From an uncultured virus (IMG/VR IMGVR_UViG_3300028603_000035) (lineage: Duplodnaviria; Heunggongvirae; Uroviricota; Caudoviricetes; Crassvirales), in the IMG/VR virus record IMGVR_UViG_3300028603_000035: 20,000 bases of DNA. The stretch is one strand, 5' to 3'. A program made the translations under genes and the position numbers. The notes below the pieces were generated by a model that saw only the letters and a program-made list of their open reading frames with translations, was not told the origin of the DNA and did no database searches. The first letter of the stretch is position 1, and each line of letters starts with the position of its first letter. This document shows positions 1-8,697 of the stretch, piece by piece.

Positions 1-110
1 TTATACACCCTTGCATTCAACGTGGGGAAAGTCCACTTGTCGTTAGACTGATACATGGGAGCTAAATCGCTGTTTAACCCTTTGTTAAATATGTTTAATT
101 GACTTTCCAT
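1..110 (-). CDS. 5' end (partial) of putative crAss-like muzzle / tail stabilisation protein (P22 gp10-like)
   Basis: Not in the ORF track. ATG at 110, 7 nt after the previous stop, reads open to the window edge: MESQLNIFNKGLNSDLAPMYQSNDKWTFPTLNARVY. The N-x-F-x-K-G-(L/M)-N-x-D...N-x-R pattern resembles the N-terminus of this family as I recall it, and the position after a ring-protein gene fits. Confidence 0.65.
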   Translation of the reverse strand, partial: MESQLNIFNKGLNSDLAPMYQSNDKWTFPTLNARVY

Positions 111-117
111 AATTATC

Positions 118-1107
118 TTATTTGTTTGTTGGTGGCACTACTACTAAGGTGTACGTGGCATTAGCGTCGTAGTTACACGACGTGAGGTCTACCGTGATAA
201 AAGCAGGATTACACTTAACAGGAGCTATGAAGACACTGCCATTCTTATATAATATTACAGCACTATCCTCGAAGGTGTCTAACCCTAACGAAAGGTCTAA
301 GGGGATAGTCCATATATTACCTGCGAACATACCGTTAGTGCCAAGAATATAAGTAATAGACTTAGTAAACGGTTTCTCTTTTAACTTATTATTGATAATA
401 TCTATATAATTATCCATTATTTTTCGTATATCCATAATATCCAAATTTAAATCTTCTTTGTTTTCAGGCAACACTATCTCTCGTCCTGCTAACGACGTAA
501 GCGGTAAGCCCGTCTCTCCTGCTCTCTCTGCTAATCTATAATACAAATCTTTAAAAGGCTCGTTGTAGCGATGTAGCGACAACGATGCTATAGCGTCTAT
601 CGTCCACTCTCTAAACCCTTGCTTAGCACGTAGCACGCTACCGGAGAACTCAGCCCACCTGTTAGCTTGTATCCTATAAATATGAGCGTCTAAAGCAGCC
701 TCGTCCTCAAAAAGCTGTATGATAACATAACGCCGACAGGCATCTCTATGGCTCGCTGCCACCAACGGCATACAGTCATAATCCATAGCAACACCCAAGA
801 ACTCTATCTTGACATGCCTATTCTCATACGCTTTAAGTCCGTGAATATAGCTACCGCTGACAGCCTTATTCTCGATAAGCCTACCGTCCTCATCCTCGAT
901 AAGCAATATCCTATATATATTCTTAGGAAGGGTTATCCTTCCGTCAATAACTTTCGTAACATATACGTAGCGGTGCATAATGTCTACATCGCAAATGTAG
1001 TCTGTCTCTACCTGCATACACCATTCCACTACGTCGTATAACGAAAACGTCCTACTCTTATACGTTCTCGCCACGTCCATATAAATCTCCTCCGGTCTGA
1101 TATACAT
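118..1107 (-). CDS. Putative tail ring / head-tail adaptor protein (crAss-like, P22 gp4-like) with C-terminal extension
   Basis: 329 aa. Motifs DVVEW and FLGVAMDYDCMPLV...ACRRY...W resemble crAss ring proteins. Lies directly before the muzzle-like gene. Confidence 0.55.
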   Translation of the reverse strand: MYIRPEEIYMDVARTYKSRTFSLYDVVEWCMQVETDYICDVDIMHRYVYVTKVIDGRITLPKNIYRILLIEDEDGRLIENKAVSGSYIHGLKAYENRHVKIEFLGVAMDYDCMPLVAASHRDACRRYVIIQLFEDEAALDAHIYRIQANRWAEFSGSVLRAKQGFREWTIDAIASLSLHRYNEPFKDLYYRLAERAGETGLPLTSLAGREIVLPENKEDLNLDIMDIRKIMDNYIDIINNKLKEKPFTKSITYILGTNGMFAGNIWTIPLDLSLGLDTFEDSAVILYKNGSVFIAPVKCNPAFITVDLTSCNYDANATYTLVVVPPTNK

Positions 1108-1113
1108 AATATA

Positions 1114-1626
1114 TTATTTTAAATAGTAAATATCTTCGCCTTTAACTTCTATCTTGTTAAGAGTGATGTCTTCGCTGGCATTGAACTTAACCTTACCTGC
1201 TACCTTAACATTACTCTTATTTTCTTTCTGTAGTTTTTTCCACAACTCAATGCCGTTATGTTCTACTTTGCCGTGTATGTCCACGCCTATAGTGTCCAAT
1301 ATAAGTCCTCTTATATCGCCTGACCACTGCATCTGATACTTGTCTCTCCACCATTTGGCAATACTACGCTTATCGTCGGGAATGACATTGTCATCTTCTA
1401 CCACTACGTCGGTAGGCAGTATCCACCATTCATCGCCTTCAACATATCTGTATGCCTCTACGGTAGTCATCGTAATAGGGTCTACAAGGATATTCAGCTT
1501 ACCTTCCGCCATCACCTGTTCACGGAAAAGAAAATAACGGTATACACCTTTATTACTCCTTGCCGTGTGATTGCACGTGAAGGTTACCATAACCACCCTT
1601 ATATTATCAGCATTGTTATTCTTCAT
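1114..1626 (-). CDS. Hypothetical protein in tail module
   Basis: 170-aa ORF co-oriented with the operon; overlaps the upstream gene by 11 nt; no recognised motif. Confidence 0.7.
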   Translation of the reverse strand: MKNNNADNIRVVMVTFTCNHTARSNKGVYRYFLFREQVMAEGKLNILVDPITMTTVEAYRYVEGDEWWILPTDVVVEDDNVIPDDKRSIAKWWRDKYQMQWSGDIRGLILDTIGVDIHGKVEHNGIELWKKLQKENKSNVKVAGKVKFNASEDITLNKIEVKGEDIYYLK

Positions 1627-2323
1627 CTTCCATAGTATCTATCGGTTGTTGTTGTCGTGCCTGTGGCATCAACCCTAATCGTCTTAACTCATCTCTCTCG
1701 TTGTTATATTCATCAGGATATATATGATACGCTTGTAAGATATGCTGTATCGTCAGCACTTGCAGTCTATAATCGCTGGGACACGGATACGGTGTCTCGT
1801 CAGTGAAGTTGCAAGCGTCGATAGGATTATCCAAAAGCAATATTCCTGTTAATAGTTTTAACTCCTCGTTATTTCTTCTTGGGACATTCTTCAACAGCAC
1901 TCTGTCGCCTAAAACAAGATAATGGAACTTGTCCGCCACATATCGTGAGTGATGAAGCATAGAAAAGCCCTCTACGCTTAATTTCGTGCCGTTAGAGAGC
2001 ATATCGTCGCCTCCAAGGTATTTTATATCGTGTGGCGACATATCCTTCACCAAAGGCGGTAAAACGACTTGTTTCGTACCTTCACCGCTTATGGTGTATC
2101 CTACATACTCACACTCGTTGCTTACACACTCTATCTCCAAGCAAGGTATCAGTTGATAGAAAGAGCTGTCTACGCCCTTAGGCTTCTGTTGCCGTATGAG
2201 AGCAGCACGTACTATATTCATAGACGCTAATATCACCTCATCGATAATATCCGTCTTGTCAAAAGTCTTATACGAATGCAAGGTCTCTCTGATAAGCTCT
2301 ATATGTTCTTTTGCCGTCGCCAT
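1616..2323 (-). CDS. Putative tail ring protein (crAss-like)
   Basis: 235 aa with RAALIRQ, CLEIEC, LP and DNP..C..DETPYPCP motifs resembling crAss-like ring/connector proteins. First gene after the hairpin. Confidence 0.55.
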   Translation of the reverse strand: MATAKEHIELIRETLHSYKTFDKTDIIDEVILASMNIVRAALIRQQKPKGVDSSFYQLIPCLEIECVSNECEYVGYTISGEGTKQVVLPPLVKDMSPHDIKYLGGDDMLSNGTKLSVEGFSMLHHSRYVADKFHYLVLGDRVLLKNVPRRNNEELKLLTGILLLDNPIDACNFTDETPYPCPSDYRLQVLTIQHILQAYHIYPDEYNNERDELRRLGLMPQARQQQPIDTMEDEE

Positions 2324-2347
2324 AATGATTAAATTTAAATTGTTATT

Positions 2348-2398
2348 AAAAGAATGTTAGTGCGAGGGTGGACACGCCACCCCCATACCAACTAACAT
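2348..2398 (-). terminator. Probable intrinsic terminator / attenuator hairpin
   Basis: Nested inverted repeats: ATGTTAGT (2354-2361) / ACTAACAT (2391-2398) and GGGTGG (2366-2371) / CCACCC (2377-2382) with a 5-nt loop. Followed by UCUUUU on the minus-strand transcript; begins 11 nt after the stop of the 527-aa gene. Confidence 0.7.
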
Positions 2399-2409
2399 CA
2401 CCCCTTCTT

Positions 2410-3993
2410 TTATTTCCAAGATGAAATTGCTGTTCCTGTCAAATATGCCAAGATATCTTCAAAATTGACACCAGGACTTGACGCCGTGTCAGCCTTTAAT
2501 ACATTCCAATTACTTGAAGGAGTATCCCATTTTTTCGTTTGAGCAATAGTCTTCGGAACATATATCAACACTCTTTGCTCATAAGCGTTGACGTGAGAAG
2601 CTCCGTGAAGGTCAGGAGTAGACATATCCACACCTAACTCGTAGCAGATATGCTCTTTCGCAGTGGGCATACTACCGCCTTTAACGGCTTCCAAACCTGT
2701 AATAGATAAGCTATAACCTCTGAAATCTTCTTGTATTCTCTCTAAGGTAAGAACAGGGAATGACCCTCTACCTAAAGAGTGGAAGTTGATGTCATCAAAA
2801 GTTTTTAACTGTAAAATATTATTTAGGTTCACAAGACCGTCGGGAGTAGTTGTCCCCGTATTGTAATAGTTAGTACCGCCTGTATCTTTGATGTCTACCT
2901 TGAAATAGGACACCTCAATGTCGGCTTTAGGAGCATATGCTTCCAAAACGACATACGAAGAAGCTCCTCGTATCCACAAACGATAGTCTACCGTCAAACC
3001 TACAGCACTTACATAGAAGTCTTCAAAGTCTTTAGTACCCATAATAGCGATGCTACCACCGATATTAGCAACTACATACGGACTTAAATAGTTAGTACGA
3101 TAGAATATACTTCCTGCCGTCTTAACCTCATCAACGGGGATAACCGTCGACGCAATGGTATTGTCAGTAGGAGTAGAAACCACTTGTTTTAAGTTATACT
3201 CAACACCTTTGGTAAAGGTAAAATCACTTGCTGTTCCAAGAGTTCCTTCGGTAGCCTTGTAAACAGGTTTAGAGCTAGTGTTGATACCCATAGCTTGAGC
3301 TTCAGCTTCGGTAACGGTAATATCACCCGATGCTGTCCCCCACGCTACATAGTCGGCACCGGAAGCAGCAGCCTCAACGGTATAACGTACCGTATCCGCA
3401 GCCTGTGCTACCGTATGTGTCATATCGGACTTAACAGTCATATTACCATAAGACGATAACAATGCCACCTTACGTGCTATAGCAGATGTGTGCAAACGGC
3501 TCTCATAGCTCTTATTCGATAACGGAATATACGACGTTTGGATGTCTTTCATCAAAAGAGCTTTCATTATGTTCATATCTGCTTCGGATACTACACCGCC
3601 ATTAACGGACGGACTTAGCACCTCGCCTGTGAAGACACGAACCTCTTTGTTACCACGAGAGGTGTCAAAGCCGGGACGCTCTACAAACTCACGTATGCCA
3701 AGCGACAAGCTCTTACCACCGTCGACGTTCACTCTATTGTTAAACTTAACCAAGAACGAACTTGGATAGCCATAATTAGTTACTGTTCTACTTAGGTAGT
3801 TGATACCCTTTTGAACTTTCGTTGCTGTCGGCACGTCATAACCAGCGCCGGGGTTCGTCCCTTTGACGCTAAACCCTTCGTTAGCGATGTTCAAGACAAA
3901 TCTATTGTCTGAACTGTCAACGAACAGCTTTACATTCTTAATGTCCACATCGGACAAGAACACTTTCTTTTTTGGATATTTCAAATTTTGCAT
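2410..3993 (-). CDS. Putative structural protein (auxiliary capsid / decoration protein)
   Basis: 527 aa, rich in S/T/G/V and likely beta-structured. Last gene before the terminator, three genes after the MCP, where crAss-like phages carry an auxiliary capsid protein. Function inferred from position. Confidence 0.5.
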   Translation of the reverse strand: MQNLKYPKKKVFLSDVDIKNVKLFVDSSDNRFVLNIANEGFSVKGTNPGAGYDVPTATKVQKGINYLSRTVTNYGYPSSFLVKFNNRVNVDGGKSLSLGIREFVERPGFDTSRGNKEVRVFTGEVLSPSVNGGVVSEADMNIMKALLMKDIQTSYIPLSNKSYESRLHTSAIARKVALLSSYGNMTVKSDMTHTVAQAADTVRYTVEAAASGADYVAWGTASGDITVTEAEAQAMGINTSSKPVYKATEGTLGTASDFTFTKGVEYNLKQVVSTPTDNTIASTVIPVDEVKTAGSIFYRTNYLSPYVVANIGGSIAIMGTKDFEDFYVSAVGLTVDYRLWIRGASSYVVLEAYAPKADIEVSYFKVDIKDTGGTNYYNTGTTTPDGLVNLNNILQLKTFDDINFHSLGRGSFPVLTLERIQEDFRGYSLSITGLEAVKGGSMPTAKEHICYELGVDMSTPDLHGASHVNAYEQRVLIYVPKTIAQTKKWDTPSSNWNVLKADTASSPGVNFEDILAYLTGTAISSWK

Positions 3994-4015
3994 TTTTATT
4001 TAATTTTTTATGTTA

Positions 4016-4738
4016 TTACTTTTTAGTAGGAATATTTGACGCTTCCTCATTCAAGAAACTTCTATACCTTTCTTCTTTTACTCTCTCTAAGTACAGCCTT
4101 ATACAATGGTTGAGGACTTCCTTTCGTTGAAAGTCATTCACATCGTCATAGCGTGTGTCGTTCCACTTACGTATATCGGAAGGTGTCATCGCAGGTGCTG
4201 GTGCTAACATCATATTAGGGTATCTGTAGTAGCTCACAAGAGCCTTAACGACATTAACCCTGCCATTGGTGTTAAAACGCACCTCGTTATTAGTCCTCAC
4301 ATAATACACCCTATTCTCACTCGGTCTTCTAAATACTGAATTACGAATAGTAGCTTCCTGTCCCGTACGCATAACGTGAACCTTCTTCCACTCACTTAAA
4401 CCTTTACGTTTACATCTATCGCAATATAAAGAATCGTAATCTACCTTAACCATAATATTAGCCATACGGAAGTATTTATGATTTAAATCTTTAATGGCAA
4501 ACTTATTATCTATAAGGTGCGAAAGCTCCTCTTTATATACTAATAGTGTTTCAAGGTCATCCATTTGCTTTGTAGTAAGCTCTATACCTTCTTTGATAGA
4601 CATATTATCGGCTATCCACTGCATCATACCCCACTCATTAAACAAACGTGTGAAGACAGCAGGATGAACAGTACCGGTGTATGTCTTCTTGATACCGTCT
4701 AAGAAGTAGGTAAACATTTCTTTGTTAGTATTCAACAT
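4016..4738 (-). CDS. Putative tail ring / adaptor protein (crAss-like)
   Basis: 240 aa. C-terminal YYRYP...KEVLNHCIRLYLE..RY pattern resembles crAss ring proteins encoded downstream of the MCP. Confidence 0.55.
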   Translation of the reverse strand: MLNTNKEMFTYFLDGIKKTYTGTVHPAVFTRLFNEWGMMQWIADNMSIKEGIELTTKQMDDLETLLVYKEELSHLIDNKFAIKDLNHKYFRMANIMVKVDYDSLYCDRCKRKGLSEWKKVHVMRTGQEATIRNSVFRRPSENRVYYVRTNNEVRFNTNGRVNVVKALVSYYRYPNMMLAPAPAMTPSDIRKWNDTRYDDVNDFQRKEVLNHCIRLYLERVKEERYRSFLNEEASNIPTKK

Positions 4739-4749
4739 AACATTATCGA

Positions 4750-5946
4750 TTATTCGTCAAACATCATTGCTTGTATCTCGCTTTCTAACTTCTTGTTTTT
4801 CTCTATCTCGAACAGCTCTACGAGTAGCTTACGTTTGTCGTCTATGTCTTCAATCTCCTTATAGCGGTCTTTATACTTATTGAACATACCGTTAGGAGGG
4901 TAAACGTGTGCGTTAAGACTTCTTAAATCTTTTTCGGCAACTTCTTTTTCAAACTCCTTAGTCTCGTATATCACTTTCTTCTTACCGACTTCACGATATA
5001 GAACGACATAGTCTTTAGTGTAAGTATCACCTATACGACCTTTGTATTCCTCCATAAGCTCCCCTGCCGTGAAAAGGTCGTCTTCTATTGAGGCTGCTAT
5101 TTTATCTCTTAGCTGGTCTAACGAGCATTTATCTTCACTTGCTGCCACTCTATCACTAATAAGAACATCGTAATAAGGTTCTACCTCTTTCAATGCCGTG
5201 TAAAGCCTGTCCTTCAACGAAGCATTAGCATCTAAGTAGGCGATAGCTTTTACCATTGTCGTACCTAAGTAAGCCGTTTCCTGACTACCTTCACGAACGA
5301 CATAGTTAGCTCCCTTCTTAACGATGAGCTTATGTTTGATACAGTAGGCTATAAAAAGCTGTTCCTTCACTTGAGGGTTGTGCTTAGTACTACTATTCAA
5401 GATAGCAGCGGGTGTCTTTTGTGCGGTCTTATACAACGCCGACAGCTTCTGATTGTCGGTATGTATTCCTTCCATATTGGTAACACCGGGTTGCAATGAC
5501 ACTAACAGAGTGAGAATATCTAAATCTTCCGTTTTAGTCTCCTTGATAACATCGAATGCTGCTGCCACCATATCAAACTCCTTAAGTTCTGCGTTAGCTT
5601 CCACCTCAGGGTCTATAATATAACCGTCGTGGATGCCGTCTCTGTATTCCACCTTTGACGCTGCTATCCTACCACTCAACAAGGCTGCCTTTATGATTGC
5701 CTTAGCCTCCGGATTGTCGGGGTCTATGTTCACATTATGCCTTATCTTATGCGGTACGTTAGGGTTTATCACAAACGGATACTTGACGCTTTGCTGTTCC
5801 GTCAACGGTTCTTCCCCTACCATCTGTTTATAGGTGAGGTCTTGACCCGTCAGAAACCTGCCGTTGTCTTCCACTATAGGTATAATATAACCCATTTTTC
5901 TTGCTGCTACGCTCTTTAACCAAAATCTTACTTTTCTATTACTCAT
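4750..5946 (-). CDS. Conserved crAss-like protein downstream of major capsid gene, function unknown
   Basis: 398 aa, helical; FIAYCIKHKLIVKKG..Y...LG.T...AIAYL segment; A-rich leader; synteny with the MCP. Confidence 0.6.
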   Translation of the reverse strand: MSNRKVRFWLKSVAARKMGYIIPIVEDNGRFLTGQDLTYKQMVGEEPLTEQQSVKYPFVINPNVPHKIRHNVNIDPDNPEAKAIIKAALLSGRIAASKVEYRDGIHDGYIIDPEVEANAELKEFDMVAAAFDVIKETKTEDLDILTLLVSLQPGVTNMEGIHTDNQKLSALYKTAQKTPAAILNSSTKHNPQVKEQLFIAYCIKHKLIVKKGANYVVREGSQETAYLGTTMVKAIAYLDANASLKDRLYTALKEVEPYYDVLISDRVAASEDKCSLDQLRDKIAASIEDDLFTAGELMEEYKGRIGDTYTKDYVVLYREVGKKKVIYETKEFEKEVAEKDLRSLNAHVYPPNGMFNKYKDRYKEIEDIDDKRKLLVELFEIEKNKKLESEIQAMMFDE

Positions 5947-5977
5947 ATCTTATTTTTTTAATTGTTAAATAACTCTT

Positions 5978-7480
5978 TTAATTGAATGCGTAAATGGTAT
6001 TCGGATTCCAAGGTCTCTCAACGATGAAAGGAGTGTTAAGAGAGATGATACCCACTTGCCACAACATATGTACGTGCGTACCGTCTACAGACGAAGCGAT
6101 GTTACCACCTTTGTCTATACCTGCTACCATACCTTTCACGCTCGGACGTAACGTACAGATAGTCTGTCCTTGTTGTCCTGCGGGAGTGTTACCTGTAGGA
6201 ATAATATATCCCATCCACTCATTGCTACGGCTTCCGTCATTCAACGGTATGCCTGCACGGTTTTTGAAATGGTCGCTTTCAAGCAACACCAAACGTATTC
6301 CTGAGAACTCATAATAGTTGTAGGTGTCTATAATGCCTGATTGCTCTCCACGTTTATACACCATATTTTGCACTTGAACGTGTTTGTTCTTACGTGCCAA
6401 GAAGCTGTTGAATGACATTTTAAGTCTACTACCGCATATCATCACTACTTCACGCAATCCTTCGTTATCGGTGCTTACATAGGGGTCTATCTCGCTCATA
6501 AACGACTCAAACCATTGGTCTGTAAAACCTTTAGATGTGATAGGAAAACGCATTGCTCCGTCGCCACTATACATTATACCGCTACCTGCTAACAACTCAC
6601 GTCCTCTTTCGTCTGTCAAGACGCATTTGTTGAGGTCTTGTGATACAGTAGTTTTACCTTCTAACAAAGCATTCTCTTGGAATTGAGCTGCTATACGTGT
6701 CATCTGATAGTCTGCTTCGGTGATGAAGGATTGTACTCCTCCGTGTTCCATAAAATATCCGGATACCTTTTTAGCTTTGTCGATAGCCGCTGCCGTTCCT
6801 GAATACGAATATTTGATACGTTGTAAGGTAAGATATGCACGACCGATAGCTCCTGCAAAGTAACGTTCGTTACCTCTTTCGGAGAAGTCTTGCTCGTGTA
6901 GAGTGTGAATCAATTGAAACTCCATACCGTCGGCAAGCAAATTTTTGTTTACCACATCGGCATACTCTCCCGATACCAACTTAACGAACAACTTATAAGT
7001 GTCGTTACTACTCGGTTCAGGGTCGTTGATGATAATCAACTGTGTCTGTCCGTCGGCAAGAACAATAACGTCTTTGTATCCGCTGACATTGTTATCAGTG
7101 AAAATCCAAAAACCTTCTTTCCCTTTACCGATATTATCGGCACTATTAAGGTCGTCAATATAGGTTTCTCCGTCGGCATTAGCCCTGAATAATCCGATAG
7201 GAATATCAGCTTTCTCGATACGATACTCAAGGACATTAGAACCTACGGCTCTATACTTACCTGTGATATTACCACTCTCGTCGAAAAAAGACGAAGAATA
7301 GTTAAGACCTCTTGTCATTTTATTTTTAGACACCAAAAACGACGTCAAAGGTGCTACGTCTTTGTGTGCCGACATAATAATAGGAACATAGTCGGCATTC
7401 ATTCTTCCCAGCTCCATCAACATCTTGGAACTGATACTTTCCTGTGCCACCACCTGTGGCGTTGAATTTAATCTTTTCAT
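5978..7480 (-). CDS. Major capsid protein (crAss-like, HK97 fold)
   Basis: 500 aa (about 55 kDa). Contains ENALLEGK, GSGIM and VVMICG segments in the order expected for crAss-type MCPs; sits after portal and an acidic scaffold-like gene; A-rich leader. Confidence 0.8.
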   Translation of the reverse strand: MKRLNSTPQVVAQESISSKMLMELGRMNADYVPIIMSAHKDVAPLTSFLVSKNKMTRGLNYSSSFFDESGNITGKYRAVGSNVLEYRIEKADIPIGLFRANADGETYIDDLNSADNIGKGKEGFWIFTDNNVSGYKDVIVLADGQTQLIIINDPEPSSNDTYKLFVKLVSGEYADVVNKNLLADGMEFQLIHTLHEQDFSERGNERYFAGAIGRAYLTLQRIKYSYSGTAAAIDKAKKVSGYFMEHGGVQSFITEADYQMTRIAAQFQENALLEGKTTVSQDLNKCVLTDERGRELLAGSGIMYSGDGAMRFPITSKGFTDQWFESFMSEIDPYVSTDNEGLREVVMICGSRLKMSFNSFLARKNKHVQVQNMVYKRGEQSGIIDTYNYYEFSGIRLVLLESDHFKNRAGIPLNDGSRSNEWMGYIIPTGNTPAGQQGQTICTLRPSVKGMVAGIDKGGNIASSVDGTHVHMLWQVGIISLNTPFIVERPWNPNTIYAFN

Positions 7481-7524
7481 TTTTTTAATTCTTTATTTAA
7501 TTTATTTTTTTTAGTAACTGCTGC

Positions 7525-8655
7525 TTAACGTTGAGAAAACGACTCTACCATCATATCTTTTATTTCCAAGTCAGGTTTTCCTGCTACGGCAGCACTCTGC
7601 TCCTTACTGTTATCTAAGCGGTCTAACATATCCCACTTAACCTTTTCCGTTAATAGTGTTGAATAGCTATCAAGTTTGCCTTTAGCTTTCATCCACAAGA
7701 AAGGTATAAGCTCGCTTATGGCTTCGGGGTTTTTTATCATCTCCGTCAGCTGCACCTCAGCGGGGGACATAGCAACCATATCTCCATTCTCTAACTTTAT
7801 CACTTCTCGCTTCATAAACGTAGGAATGTCTTTTAAGTATTCTTCTTTGTCGGATTGACCGAATTTGAAACCACCAAAGACATCTTTAGTCTTAGCTTGC
7901 TCTACAAACAATTCTAAAGCCTTCTCAGCGTCTTTATTGTATTTAGCTACGTTATCATTAAAAACTTTAGTTTGTTCGTCAAAAGCTCTCTTTCTATCGT
8001 CTAATTCTTTTTTTCTCAACTCCTCTTTGTAATCGGCAAACAATAGCTTCTTGTCAGCTTCGGAGAGTGAATTCAGCTTCTCCTCTACCTCGTCATCTGT
8101 TAAGTTGGCATCTGTGCCTTGTCCGTACTTCTTAGTATAGACTTCCCTTACGATTTCGTCGGTAGTCTTCCGACCACTACCACTGCCTTTATCTATATAG
8201 TCGTTAATATCAAATTCCTTATCAAAAGACTTGCTTATCAAGTCTCGGACAAAAGTGTCTACATCCTTATTGCTTCCTAACTGCACCCAGTCTAATATAG
8301 CACCGAAGATAGCAGACTTCTTATCCGCTATGGTATAATCCGTGCCGTCGGCTTTCTTGTCCGTGAAGACCGCCTTGTTGAAAGCTATCTTCAGATTATC
8401 ATCTTCTACGCCCTCGTTGAGGATATTAGATATGGCGTCTAAGTGAGACCCATAATCTATAACTTCTTCTGCCGTCGCACTTGATTGTTTACCTTCGCTA
8501 CCCTCAGGACTACTCTGTCCTCCTCCTTCTTTACCGCTACTACCGCCGTCAACACCTTCATCTCCCGACGGCATGTCTATTGCTACAGGCTCTTTGCCTT
8601 CCGCAAAAGGTGTTACGTCTAACATATCCTGTATTCCTAAATCTTGTTCTGTCAT
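7525..8655 (-). CDS. Putative capsid scaffolding / assembly protein
   Basis: 376 aa, very acidic, low-complexity G/S/E N-terminus and coiled-coil centre; immediately upstream of the MCP. Confidence 0.55.
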   Translation of the reverse strand: MTEQDLGIQDMLDVTPFAEGKEPVAIDMPSGDEGVDGGSSGKEGGGQSSPEGSEGKQSSATAEEVIDYGSHLDAISNILNEGVEDDNLKIAFNKAVFTDKKADGTDYTIADKKSAIFGAILDWVQLGSNKDVDTFVRDLISKSFDKEFDINDYIDKGSGSGRKTTDEIVREVYTKKYGQGTDANLTDDEVEEKLNSLSEADKKLLFADYKEELRKKELDDRKRAFDEQTKVFNDNVAKYNKDAEKALELFVEQAKTKDVFGGFKFGQSDKEEYLKDIPTFMKREVIKLENGDMVAMSPAEVQLTEMIKNPEAISELIPFLWMKAKGKLDSYSTLLTEKVKWDMLDRLDNSKEQSAAVAGKPDLEIKDMMVESFSQR

Positions 8656-8658
8656 ATC

Positions 8659-8680
8659 TTTTTTTTTTTTTTTTTTTTTT
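8659..8680. repeat. Homopolymer T22 (A22 on coding strand)
   Basis: 22 consecutive T at 8659-8680, ending 3 nt (GAT) before the ATG at 8655 on the minus strand. Confidence 0.9.
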
Positions 8681-8697
8681 AATAAATATTTTTTTCT

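Noticed and set aside
2346..2409. tRNA or known ncRNA in the intergenic hairpin
   Set aside because: No cloverleaf or T-loop GTTC motif; it is a single bulged stem followed by a U-rich tail.
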